60,360 nucleotides of DNA from contig ML002244.1 of assembly GCA_003614675.1 (NCBI GenBank), positions 1-60,360 on the forward strand. The letters run 5' to 3'. This DNA is from Dimargaris cristalligena (lineage: Eukaryota). Position 1 is the stretch's first letter. Every line of letters begins with the position of its first letter. The translations under genes and the position numbers were made by a program. Under the pieces are notes generated by a model. It made no database searches, was not told the origin of the DNA, and saw only the letters and a list, made by a program, of their open reading frames with translations. Below are positions 23,345 to 35,129 of the stretch, piece after piece.

Positions 23345-25279
23345 TTAATAAAGGTAGCTGGGTAGGTATTCCGCCTCGATGGTCTTCAGTTCACGAAGCA
23401 CGTCCGAAATGGCGGGACGCTGGGTGGGGTCTTTCGCGACCATGGCCTGAAGCAAGTCGACCACAGGCGTCGGGACCGGATCTCCATTGAGAAAAAAGAG
23501 GCTGGGATTTTCGAATGGACGGGGACCGGCGCCGTGACGAGGGGGAGTAATGGGAGGAACCCGACCAGTTCCGGTGGTAGAGGGGTTATACCGGTCCGGG
23601 GAGATGGGCGAGGTGGGAGCGGAGCAGCCATGGGTATTACGGACGCTGCGCAAGTCCAGGCGCTGCAATAAAGGGACACTGTCGTGGTGCGGGGGTTCGA
23701 CTTGACTTAGTTCGACCGCAGGTGACGAAACACGGTGAGTCGAGGCGCCGGAGGCCAGGGACCCGGCCAAGGGAGCCCTACCCCCGACGGCGGCGATGCG
23801 CCCAGCGGTAAGGCTGCCCAGGTGGTTTAAGCTGGATTCCGGCCGGCGGTTAAGGGAGCGGGTTCGGGTGGGGGGGCCATTCAGACGGGCGCGCTGCATT
23901 TCCATATCCCAAAAGGCGCCCTTCATAGCAGTGAGCATCAGCTCCATGGTACTCTTGGCCCATACGTAGGGATCCTGACCAGTAATACCGGTAATGAAGA
24001 GGAGGATACCGGCCGAGAAGATATCGCTGGCCATTATTTTGGGCTGGCCGGAACGGACAATATGGGGAGCCGGAAGAGGAGCGCGACGGCGGGGTGGGGA
24101 TGGGGTATCACTCGCGGATATGGGCCGCGGTGGGGCCGGGTTGAGCAATTCAGGGGCGGTGTACATGACGGTACCAAGTTGGGAAAAGGGGGCGGCTCTA
24201 GCGGCCTGATTATTATTGGGGGTACCAGGGGTGGCGGCGGAGGCGGGGGTGTTGTGATCTTCCGCGGAGGGCTTCCAAGCCGACCCGAGATCGGCCAGGC
24301 GAATATCCAAATGGTCGGTTAGTAGTACGTTATGGGGCTTGAGGTCATAGTGGACGAAGCCGGCGTTATGGAGGGTCTGCAGGGCTTGGGTGAACTGGTG
24401 GGCCCACTTGACCCACAAGGGAAAGCCCACTTCGGACTTGTGCTTTTGCACCCAGGACCACAAACTTCCGTTTCCACAGTACTCCAAAATGATAGCCAAG
24501 TGGCGTCCGGGTTGGGCCGGAACCATTGCGTCAGCCTTGGACTCCTCGGCCGAGTCTAATAAGTCGGCGGTCTGGTCGGCGTCCAAGTCAAATGTCAGTG
24601 GTGCATCGGTAGGGTCGGCCAGGTCCAGGACGGTTACTCCGAGGAGGCGAACAATGGGAAGGTCGGCAGGGGCGGCCGGGTCCTGCTGCAACTGGTGTAG
24701 GATGCGGGCTTCACTTAAGCCAGCATACCACGGACTGCCCGGGGTGACATGGCTGGCTTCTATTAGCTTAACCACGCAGGTCGCAGGGAACGGCGAAGTC
24801 GCGTGGTCGGCCCCTGCAGGTGTGACGGTAGCCCGGTATACTTTGGCCAACTGGCCCTCGCCCAGTAGGGTTTCGTCCGCTATCCTAAACTGCACCTGGT
24901 GGGGGTGGCCGGCCTGCGGTGGACTTGGGATAGGAATGGCGGTGGCCATGCTAGGCACCAACAGGCCCTCGACCGAGGGGCAGAGGGAAATGGAGGGGCT
25001 AATCCCCTTGACAGACGAGGGGGCGCTGGGTTGTGGAGTGGGCAAGTAGGTGGAAAGAATAGGCGAGTGGTGACCGGGAACGATTAGGGCAGGTAGGGCG
25101 TCGTTGAGGTCTAGGGCAGGGACGCTAGACCCAGACATGGAGCGGCCCTCGACCGAACCGGGCGGGGTGGGGGGAAGGGCAAGTCGGGCCGGGACACTTC
25201 GGGGGGAGAGTTTACTCGATACCTTGCGGACTATCGAAGGTATGAACGGGAACGAGCTTGTGGAAGTAGACTCGGACAT
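23345..25279 (-). CDS. Ser/Thr protein kinase, 644 aa, single coding exon
   Basis: Motifs GEGQLAKVY (G-loop), VVKL (catalytic Lys), EARIL (helix C Glu), HYDLKPHNVLL (catalytic loop), DLG (DFG position), GTVMYTAPE, DIFSAG and DPTQRP. Pro/Ser-rich N-terminus. Confidence 0.93.
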   Translation of the reverse strand: MSESTSTSSFPFIPSIVRKVSSKLSPRSVPARLALPPTPPGSVEGRSMSGSSVPALDLNDALPALIVPGHHSPILSTYLPTPQPSAPSSVKGISPSISLCPSVEGLLVPSMATAIPIPSPPQAGHPHQVQFRIADETLLGEGQLAKVYRATVTPAGADHATSPFPATCVVKLIEASHVTPGSPWYAGLSEARILHQLQQDPAAPADLPIVRLLGVTVLDLADPTDAPLTFDLDADQTADLLDSAEESKADAMVPAQPGRHLAIILEYCGNGSLWSWVQKHKSEVGFPLWVKWAHQFTQALQTLHNAGFVHYDLKPHNVLLTDHLDIRLADLGSAWKPSAEDHNTPASAATPGTPNNNQAARAAPFSQLGTVMYTAPELLNPAPPRPISASDTPSPPRRRAPLPAPHIVRSGQPKIMASDIFSAGILLFITGITGQDPYVWAKSTMELMLTAMKGAFWDMEMQRARLNGPPTRTRSLNRRPESSLNHLGSLTAGRIAAVGGRAPLAGSLASGASTHRVSSPAVELSQVEPPHHDSVPLLQRLDLRSVRNTHGCSAPTSPISPDRYNPSTTGTGRVPPITPPRHGAGPRPFENPSLFFLNGDPVPTPVVDLLQAMVAKDPTQRPAISDVLRELKTIEAEYLPSYLY

Positions 25280-25396
25280 GGCTGAATGAATGGAGGATAA
25301 TGGAGGTGAGGGAGGGTTTGAACCTAAATATAAGGCGGGGGTGATGGATAACCGGTTGGGAAGAAATTGCGGGCGTATCCGGAAACAGGCTGGGCA

Positions 25397-25827
25397 CTAT
25401 AATGGGGAATGAAGGGGGGGAGATAACGGAAGGGTTCCAGGGGTTGGTAGGGAAGGAGTGAGTGGGCCAAAGTTCGTTAGACTAAATAGTCGGAGCTTAA
25501 TATTGTAAAAATAGCCTGTAGCGGCGGACAGTTGTATCATTGACAAGCCACCACACAGGGGGGGGAATTCGAAGAAGGGACGGGTTACCACTGGGCCGGT
25601 AATATAAGAAGCCCGGCAATATAAGGAAGGGAAGGGTGTCACACCAGTAACCGCGAATAACAAGGCCTCCCACACTCACTTTGGTATATATGTATATAAT
25701 ACTTGCAGGTGTATGCGTGTGGTTGGGTAGGTGAATAAAGAAGATAAAGAGTGTGTACTGCCCTACCGCGGGTTAAAATAGCGGAAGACCCTTTACTACA
25801 GTATAGATAAGTAAAACACGGACGTAC
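25397..25827 (-). other. Putative 5'-UTR intron of the kinase gene
   Basis: Minus strand: AAG|GTACGT donor at 25827, CTAAC branch at 25476-25480, then an AG-free pyrimidine-rich stretch to TATAG| at 25397. Confidence 0.5.
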
Positions 25828-26002
25828 CTTGGAGGGCACTGGTTGGGGGGTTTCAAACAGTTTCGAGCGAGAACGAGAAGCAGGGAATGAGTAGGTGAGG
25901 CGGAAGTGAAACACGCGCAGGGAATCAGAAGAGTCGAGTTGGAAAATAAGACTACAGGGGTGGGGAATGAGGCGGCGGGCGGCGAGGCTTATAAGGCGAA
26001 GG

Positions 26003-26003
<1 letters not shown>

Positions 26004-26040
<37 letters not shown>

Positions 26041-26067
26041 ATAGAATAGAATAGAATAGGATAGGAT
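26004..26067. repeat. (TA)15 followed by (ATAGA)n/(ATAGG)n simple repeat upstream of the kinase
   Basis: Directly visible; may serve as the TATA region of the kinase transcript. Confidence 0.85.
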
Positions 26068-29000
26068 ATTGTTGTTATTGAACGAAGTCTAGGGCGAAGA
26101 AAGCAGTCACCGACTAGCAAAGACAGGCAAACACAAGCAGTGAGAGTGATGAGTCACCGCAAACAGGAGAATAGAAAAGGAGCAACGAAGGAGGGAATTA
26201 AGGGTCCGGCCATGTGTTCTTTTATATTACCAGCGGCTGGGTTGATACGCTAACTGTGCATATACCCACACCATACACTGCTGCGAAAAAAAGGGGAAAG
26301 GAGAGAGAGAGAGATCCACACCTCTCTATTGCTACTGGTCTGGCCTGGATTAGGTCCCACCGAGCCAATTTTTGGTCCCATCCCACTGGCTGTGGCGGTT
26401 TTTTTTCGGGGGATTCCTTCCTTCCTCTCTTCTCTCATTTATTCTCTCGTCATTGGCGCTCATAATTATTGCGGCGTTAAACTAGCAGAGCCAAGGGGGG
26501 GGTTGATATCGCTCTGCCAAGCTCTGTTTAGGCGATACTGTGCGGTGTTTACCCGCCTGACTAATAAACCCGGCTGTGCCAATACCGGTGGGCCAAATGG
26601 CCGCGTGTACAGCGGGGGGTTTGCCATGTCGGCTTAAAAATTATCCCCGTCTGTTCCGCCCCATAGGTTTATTCTGTATCCCCCATCCCAACCTTCCTGT
26701 CCAGCCCGTTACGAATACCAATCATCCAGGAATAACCCGTCCAACGTGCTCGTCTTTTTATAGATGGAGCGCACCGAACTTTTCCATACGAGTTGCGTCC
26801 CCCCCTTCCCCATTTGTTGACACCCACCCTTCCCCTCTTCCTTACCACCCACCGAAATTCCCAGGCCCCCTATTTTTATATTTTCAGGCCTTTTCGCTTC
26901 CGTTGATTTGGCCTATTCAATTCGATGCATTGGGGTGTGGACTATTTCCCATTAATGAGTGGATCCCTCCTTATCGGGGGAGCCGTGATTTACTGAGCCA
27001 TAATTTAATCAAGTTATTATGGGTCAATGGGAAAACATCGTTTCCATCTCGGGAATGATGGCTATAGCCAATCCTTCCCGCTAACGCCTGAACGAGATAC
27101 ATGGGAATAGCGTTCGCGAAGGAAGATGCAAGAGTGGGAGGGGTGGGTTCCAGCGGTTAAACGAGGCGTACATCACTATTAAATCCCCAGCCCAACTTCC
27201 GTGGGATAATGGGGAGGTGCAGGTTGATTAATACCGATAAATTAATCTCGCCCACCTTATTTGCGACTGATGGATCCACCGTGAATAAATTTGGGAGTGT
27301 TCGCTACATTGCCGACATCTTACTTCGCATAAAATTTGACAGAATGCCCGCGGATTATTTACCACTTGACTAGACTGGCAACCATAAATACGTAGTAGTA
27401 GCCTATACCCTCTCTCACTGGAGTATTTATCACCAGATACACAGGTGATTGGGAACTTCAATGTTTCCGTTAACTTGGATAGCCCGGCCCTTGATGTCTG
27501 TACCCAAAGACCGCTTTGTTGTGATGTCCGAGATCCCCTTTGTCCGCAGGTTCGTCGGTTATATTACTCATTAGCGAGGACGCGCGACCTATAAGCAAAA
27601 AAATGGATTCGCTTGACCAGTCATAGTGTTCGTTTAGATGAGTGGCCTTTGGTCCTCCCGTGACCAATTGCCTGCGACAGTGGGATGTACTGTTCTATTC
27701 CTTACCTTCTATTCGTCACTCTCTCTTCCTTTAAACCACCATTTATATTCATCCCCGCAAGTCCAACTTCACGATTGGCCGCACAAGGAAAGGGTCTTCG
27801 AAATCCCACCAGCCCTATACTCACTGCCACTGTCCTAGGTGACTAACCTGCCCCCCCCCCCAACGGATGCCCGCCCCGGCTCTAACGGGAGGGAGATATC
27901 TCAGCTGTTAGTCACTTGGCCATTACCATTAAAACCAAATACTGTGGAGGTCATTCCTAACCATTTCAGTATTTGGTCTAATGTAACCCTGCATTAGGCG
28001 AACTTCCCCCCCCCCAGCCGGAAAAAACAGGCCCGCTGGGGTCTTTCGCAGCCCCAAAAACGGTGTGTTAAACCAACCCATCCGCTGTACCCAATAGTAC
28101 CCTATTTTTTAATCTGGGCGTTCTTTCGATAATCATTTCTTGGTCCAATCAACTGGTGCCTCGATGGATAATCGATAGTTGTTGATTTTTAACCAAAAAA
28201 AACAACAGGGACTAAATAATCCTCTCACCGCGTGCCCATCCCCCACCCTACCCCAATAGTCTATTACTGTAGTAGAGATGCGGCGATATTCGTTAGCATA
28301 GCAGAGATGGTCCCCGTTGGATACCAAAAAGATAGCGGGCTAAGATCGATAGGGCGCCCCCTCCATTCATTCTGTATCTAGATCGATGGATTACTATCAA
28401 CTCTAGCCCCATAAGTGGACCCCCGTTTCATTCCGTGAAGTGGGCCATCGGGACCGGCCGGGTCAAGCCCATTGCCTAAGTCTTCCTTGACATCTGGTTC
28501 AGTCCGAATCATCCAAGGAAAGGGGTGAAAGTTCCGATTAAAGGATAGGGACAAGCATCGATTAAAGGATATAAACCAGCGTCGATGGCTACGTGTCAAC
28601 CAACCGCGCTGAATCGTGTGTGTGTGTTCCCCTTAAAGGAAGCTCTCTATATATCCAAGCTACATCGATGCTATTCGACTTTATTCACCCTCTCCTCCCC
28701 CCTGACTTTGACTACCAGGTGATAATCGCCCTACTCAAGATCATGTGGCCTGGTGATCTTTACTGAACTTTATATTCCAATCCCCCCTTTTCCTTTAAAC
28801 AAGCGGCCCTATTTCAACTCCCGTCTGATTAATATCAGCGAGTAGCTCATGTATAACCACCCTCCTGCTTCCCAGCACCCACTTCACCTTTGCATGCATC
28901 CAAGAGAGAGGGTGTGATAGGGGAGGTACTTTACATCCAGTCATCCACACTTAATCAGGTTCTGGGTCACTGAAAGCGAGCGTGTTTAGGTCCACTAGTT

Positions 29001-31128
29001 TCCGTATCCAGTGTGGTCGTACTTTCCGGCCAAAGTGGGTCTTGCTAGACTAGGCAAATATTATACCTTCCAATCCCCTATTTAAGCATACCGTATGTAG
29101 AGTCCCGCTGCACTCCCTCAGAGGCTCATCTAATCAATAGCACCCCCTCCCTTCCCAGTCATGGCGCAGCCAAATTGTTTTGAAAGGGGGTAGTTCATAC
29201 TGGGGCTTCCAGTAAAGCTTAGCTTGACTCCAATGAAATAATAATCTCCGCTGTTAATCTAGGTTGGCTGAATTGACTGTGTTTATAAGTGTATGGTCCA
29301 TTCACTCCCTCAGTAACACTGGCTACAGATAGGCGAGGTTAATGAATTAGCCGAGTGATAATGGTACCCAAGTCTTGTGTTATGACTAGACTCATCCCTT
29401 GGGCGTGGATAGTGGGGCTACCGCAGTTTGGGTGGTGCCTATTATTGCATTGGTTAACCACCGGATTTCTGAGGCTGAAATAATGCTTTTGTGTATTGGA
29501 ATACCTGAAAATCAAACAGAGCAGAAAATGTAAAATGTATTAGTTGGAGAGGTTCCCTAATATAAACCGCGTATGTATCTAACAGCCATATTTGCCATCA
29601 AGTTTCCTCAAATTATTGTATAATATATACCATCTAATATGGCTGCCCCCCAAGTTGTTTACACCACGTACTTCCATGGTTAACATGGGAAGCGATGTGG
29701 GCATTTGAAAAAGTCCCGCGACCTTCTAGAATAACAGTGTGACCGCTTGGTGGTATATTTTTAAAGTGGCAGTTGGATGACCGAGGGAACACCATTACGA
29801 CGCTTGTGTTCACCCCAACAAGCAGGCATGGGTATGCGAATACTACTCTGTATAGTACCCATTTAGACCATCATATTCTTACCAGACACCTTTATAACGG
29901 CATATTGACATACTATGAAAGTAATTCTGACCTACCGTTCAGAAACGGGTTTGGGGTCGGGCTGCTGGGGAAAACGTCACCACCTAAACAGCTGACTGGG
30001 AGAAACGGAGGTAAGGTATCCCACCTTACTGTCCCGATTCTCAGCCGCAGTTTACTTGAGCCCACCTGTCAAAGTTATGTAGGACTTCGTTACCAACTTC
30101 CCGCCGCCTAATCTATATCACACCTGACATGTCCACGTAAATCAAATACCCTTTCCCATCGCGTTCAACAAGGCAATGGTGCAAGTAGAGTAGACCAACT
30201 GGCCATTCTACTTTGAGGCGGTCTTTGTTACGTAATTTCGGCATCCCAGCAATCAGACGACTGATGTTAAGTACACCATCTTACAAAGCCTGTTCGTAAT
30301 ATTGCTGTTTAGTACATCACGGCAATTCCGCTATCCAAATTTACACTAAATCAGACTGTTCGGCCGGGCGATACATTACGCTAGTTGGGTGATGTCATAA
30401 TCCAGGGTTTCAGCAAAATTGGGACTGGCTCCATACCATTATGTCAATTATCGAATTTGGTAAGTGCAGGTAGTCAATAGATTCCCCATACCTCATCCAT
30501 ACTTGACCATTTGAAACTTTAGATTATCCCATGGGTTCCCCCTTCTAATTAACCATTTCAGTTATGAAAAGTAAACACTCCCAATTCTGGTTAGACACTG
30601 CCTGCTTAGAAATGTTATATTATGTATACTAGGTTAGCATATGTGCGATATTCCTTATAAACTTATATTGGTAACCTTGGATATGGTTTATTTCGACAGG
30701 CTAATTATGTAACTATATAGTATCCCGCCACCACGGGCGTCTATATAGATGATATACGAGTCGCCCTTCAGCTCTATTAACGAGCTGCCCCAACGGCAGA
30801 ATTGCTGAGTTGCTTAAGAATCCCTATTTAGTTTTGCGGTTTTTTCTGTAATAGAAGAGACAAAGACCGGCCCTGGCCGTAATAGACTGATAGTTGGTTT
30901 ATCCAACATTAACGCTTTTCCTAGATTGGTATGGATTGGGTTTACACAAACAGGGTGGCTTTCTGTAAATATCAAATTTAAGAAATAGCAATCTTAATTT
31001 AAAGGAAGGCTTTGCTGTCACGAATAACTGGGAGGGAAACTGAGCTATCCTAGTCGAATGCCACGTATACTTTTATACTGCGCTTAAGGAATTGTTGGCC
31101 ATGTCGAGAGCCGTCGTGATTTTGAGAT

Positions 31129-31137
31129 TCACGTGAC
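31129..31137. promoter_or_regulatory. E-box TCACGTGAC (bHLH site, Cbf1/SREBP-type) upstream of mL50
   Basis: Extended palindromic E-box ~390 nt before the ATG; the same motif occurs in the ULP1/HGH1 divergent promoter. Confidence 0.45.
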
Positions 31138-31525
31138 TAGGTTGAGAGTTTAATGCCCTTCAACCCAGTCACCTACAATACTCCAAAACTCACGGCTAAT
31201 TTATAAACCAGTATAACACAACCTCTCCTGCTCGCTTAATTTGCTTGGGATCTGGGGGACCAGGAAAGCAAAGTTGCCTTCAGCCTTGAACTAGTCAATC
31301 TCATAGATCAATCCAGTCAGCCGATCGTCTGGTGCGTGTACCGACGAACTCCACTTCACCTTGTCCACTCCAGCGGAACTGGCCCAGCACATGGCAACCA
31401 ATCCACACTCTTTCCCATTCCCGTTCTTCATACATTCCCTTACCCTTTTATATACACAATCTAGCGGAATTCTATTGTTCCCCAGTAGATCAATCACCCC
31501 ATTGTCATATTCACCCGCTGTAATC

Positions 31526-32236
31526 ATGTCGCAGCGGTCCTCAGTAGCCCTTTTCCTGCGCTCGGCGGGACTATACCGTTGTTCCCTGGGCCACCACCGG
31601 ACGAGCCAACCCATTCGCCCATCGTGGTCCGTGCGCTCTTTTCACTCGTCGCCGGCCTCGGCGAACCTTTGGGGCTTCTTCAAAGGTGACAAGAAGGACC
31701 AGACCCCCGCTGAAGATCCCCAGTCGGTGCTGAACCAGGAAAAAACCCCCGGACCGATCGATCCGGTCACGGCGAACGCCTCCAGCTTGCAGTCCCAAAT
31801 TACCCAGGCGCCCGACCTGGATCTCTCCTATACCGATTTCTTGACGCTTCCCCTCCCCACTGCCCCCGAACCAAGTGCCATTGAAGCCGCCGTCAAGGAC
31901 GCCGTGTTGATCTTTCAACCCGCGGAGGCCCCGGAGTCGGCGGCCGACTGGCGGAGTCTATCCCTGGGCAACTCCCAGCAGAAACTGGACATTCTGCGGC
32001 ACTGCATGGAGACCCTCCGGATCGACGTGCCCAACCGGGACTTGAGCAATATGACCACGGCCCAACAGGCTCTGGACTTTTTCCTCGGAAAAGAGGAGGT
32101 CACGGTCCTGGCCAAGGTTCACGAGGGCGCTAAATACTTCCGGGAGAATCTGGACAGTCTGCCGGACAACATGACCTTTGTACCTCATATCCGCAAGAAG
32201 CCCCATGAAATTGCCGCCGAAAAAAATCGCTCCTAG
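31526..32236 (+). CDS. Mitochondrial large-subunit ribosomal protein mL50-like, 236 aa
   Basis: Arg/Ser-rich mitochondrial presequence (MSQRSSVALFLRSAGLYRCS...RSFHSS). C-terminal WRSLSLGNSQQKLDILRHCMETLRIDVPNRDLSNMTTAQQALDFF resembles the Ribosomal_L50 domain. Start taken at the ATG at 31526. Confidence 0.75.
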   Translation: MSQRSSVALFLRSAGLYRCSLGHHRTSQPIRPSWSVRSFHSSPASANLWGFFKGDKKDQTPAEDPQSVLNQEKTPGPIDPVTANASSLQSQITQAPDLDLSYTDFLTLPLPTAPEPSAIEAAVKDAVLIFQPAEAPESAADWRSLSLGNSQQKLDILRHCMETLRIDVPNRDLSNMTTAQQALDFFLGKEEVTVLAKVHEGAKYFRENLDSLPDNMTFVPHIRKKPHEIAAEKNRS

Positions 32237-34823
32237 TTACGGGTTGGGGGACCACAGTTGATTTACCAGGAGGCTTTTAGGGGGATCGAGGTTCGCGGAT
32301 ATTGTGGTCAATTATAGACCCCAATATACAGCTTATACCACCAAATCACCATAATTGATTCGTCCCTCCATCCACCTATCATTTCTGCGATTCCATTTAT
32401 TATTATTGAATAAAATCTACATCAAACACGGGTTAGATGGTTACTTCCACGTATTATGTAAGGGTTTCTAAATACCTTATGGTTGGGCTACGTTAGTAAT
32501 CATCCTGATTTATAAATTGATAGATATGTGTATTAAGCATCCCTTAGGTGGTTGGTGTGGGAGTTGGTTAAATAGGGGCAGTGTTTGTTTATATTCCCAT
32601 CCAAAATGGTTCAATGGTAGCCCTTGATAAGACGCAGGCCCTGGTGGGAATACAAACGGGATTATGTGGTGCCTAGTAACCTCAATATAGGTGCATAGAG
32701 GTAGTATTGGGGAGATCGATTGGTAATGGCGACTATTCTCATTTTATGATAACAGGGTTTAAGGTAGATAATGCAATTATATATTGTCAAACTTCGGTAT
32801 CCACGATGAGGGTGCTTTGGCTAGGCCTAACCAATACTTGCATGCAAAATGGTAGTTGGTAAAGAGTTGAGGAGAGGCTATCATTGAGGGAGGAGGGGGT
32901 GGTACTGTGGAGTGGTGGCATTGTAGCCAAATAAACAGTTATTCAGTACTCGAGTTGCCTTTAAATGTACCAGCATTTACGTTAAGCTGGTCCCTGGAAT
33001 TTTTCTGCAGGATAGGCTGAATTGTATTCGCGGCATTGAGTATGGAGGCGGGGAGAGTAGTAAGGTACCGGAATGGCGAGGAACGAATGTCCCGTGTATT
33101 CTGCTACGCTGATTTCCTATCACGGTCCATCTGCAGGGCTGTGATCATCGCACTGACTCAGCCATCTCACCCTGCGGATTAGGGGCATGCTCGGGGGTCG
33201 CTTTTGGGCAGAAAAAAACCCCTTACCGACCAGGTGCGGGTGGGGATACCAAGGAAGGCGAGATGGGGGGGGGGGTTCGAATTCGGGTATAGTCTGTGGC
33301 TGAGGTACAACGTTAATAAAGACCGAAATCAGTCTGTTTTTTCAGTAGGGGGATTCTTCCAGCGACGGTAGGAATACCAAGCGGGGGCATGTCTGCTAGA
33401 TCTTCCAGCTATTCCTTCGGCCGAAATCGCTTAATGGCCTTTGCTTCCTTACGATGCTATAGTCGGCTGTACGAGCTACTCCATCCGAGTGTAGCGTAGG
33501 CATGGGCTATGGTACATGCAGCCCAACAGTGCGAATCATCCCCTTACATTTCTAACAATTTTTTGCTTCAGATAATAGATAATGAATGTGGATCAATGAA
33601 GTACTTAAGTTAAACCATGCGAAAAACGACCGAGCAAAAAAAAGCATCCGTCCCCTTTACTCCATATGGCCAGTAGGTACAATTGCCCTATAATCGGTGG
33701 GGTATCGCGATGCGGCCAATCTTACGGACACTTCCCGTCTACACAATGCCATGAGTTTCAAAAACCGATGGAGGAGCATGTTAAGGTGAATCATAGGGGT
33801 GATGGACTGCATTAACGCTGTTGCCTGATCCTATATTGGAACATTTGAATGGTGTGGAAATAGGAAGACCAGTAGCAAGTTGGTTGGGGTCGTTCTATTA
33901 AATTATGGTCCAATTAAAAATCACTAGTATTATCCGGGAAATGGGGAAGGTTATTTCATTATACCCGATGACAGCTTGTCTATCCACGTAACAGAAGCAG
34001 CATCGCTATGCCAATGGTGTTGTTTGCCGCCAGGCCCTTCCGGCATGTGAAAGTTCCCGCCCAATTTATCCAGGCCGAGCCAAACTGTCGGTCTTGGCCC
34101 GCCTTTGTTATTCCCCATACATAAATCGTAACAATACAATACAATCAACCAGCCCTTCTCCCCAGTTGCTATAATAGGGTATTGGGTGGAGGTGGAATGA
34201 GCCCATTTTTGCTCGGAGATCAGCCCATTCACCTTGCCCCAGGGATGGTGGTGCCATTTAGTATAGGTAGGGCAGGCAGCCAACCGTGGCGTGGACTGAG
34301 GATGGCATGATTGGCGCACCTTTGGTAACTTAAGCACAAGCCGACAATCACCTACCTCCCCTTCACAGAGAGAGGTTGGAAGGAGGGCTCGGCAGTGAAT
34401 GATCTAAATCATACTTGGGCGAAAAAAATAGCAACCTACCGCACGACCAATTGAAAAACCACGCCATCATTAAAGCAGCCATTGTGGCCCGCTAATTCCC
34501 ATTCTGGGCCATGGTACGACCCGATGCAAAATGGTAGTTGGTGCGGATAATCAGTGAGATAGTCCCTATTGACGGGTTTCTAGGGCTTATCGTTCATCTT
34601 CGGATGAAGCCGTCCAAACCCCCGGCCGGCCGTTCGGGCATTCCGCACACCCTAGTATGAGACGGTGGCATTCCTCCCAACGATGTCGCCGAGCCAGGGG
34701 AGTAGCTGGCCTCGGAATACCACAGGGTCTGGGGAAAAGGACCCCTGCAGTGACATTCCAATCTTTTGGCCTGCAACTTCCTCACACACAACACTAGTCC
34801 CCCTTTGCGCACTTCTTCCCTGC

Positions 34824-34830
34824 TATAAAA
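34824..34830 (+). promoter_or_regulatory. TATA box of ERG13
   Basis: TATAAAA ~300 nt upstream of the ATG, followed by a CA/CT-rich leader. Confidence 0.5.
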
Positions 34831-35129
34831 CGCCGTACCATTGGCTGTGTTCATTACAGCCCCCACATCCCCATCACACACACACATATCACACCTTCAC
34901 ACCCATTCCTTCTCCTGACTGGCACATTTGGATTTTTGGTCCTGACCAAACACACACTCCTATTAGCTCGGCCCCTTCGTCTCCTTAAGTACCCTACCAC
35001 CCCCTCCCTACCTTCCACCATCCGCTCTCCTTTTCCTCTTCACTATTGTCCTCCGGCTTTTGCTGCTCTCCCTGGCCTTTACTGTTCTACTCTATCACCT
35101 CCCTAGGTCAATACATATTGTTTGCCACC

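Noticed and set aside
33272..33285. GGTTCGAATTC B-box/T-loop-like motif
   Set aside because: No acceptor or T stem and no A-box; follows a poly-G run. Not a tRNA.
34989..35106. Possible ERG13 5'-UTR intron
   Set aside because: An AG-free pyrimidine tract ends in CCCTAG, but the donor (GTACCC) is weak and there is no clear branch site.
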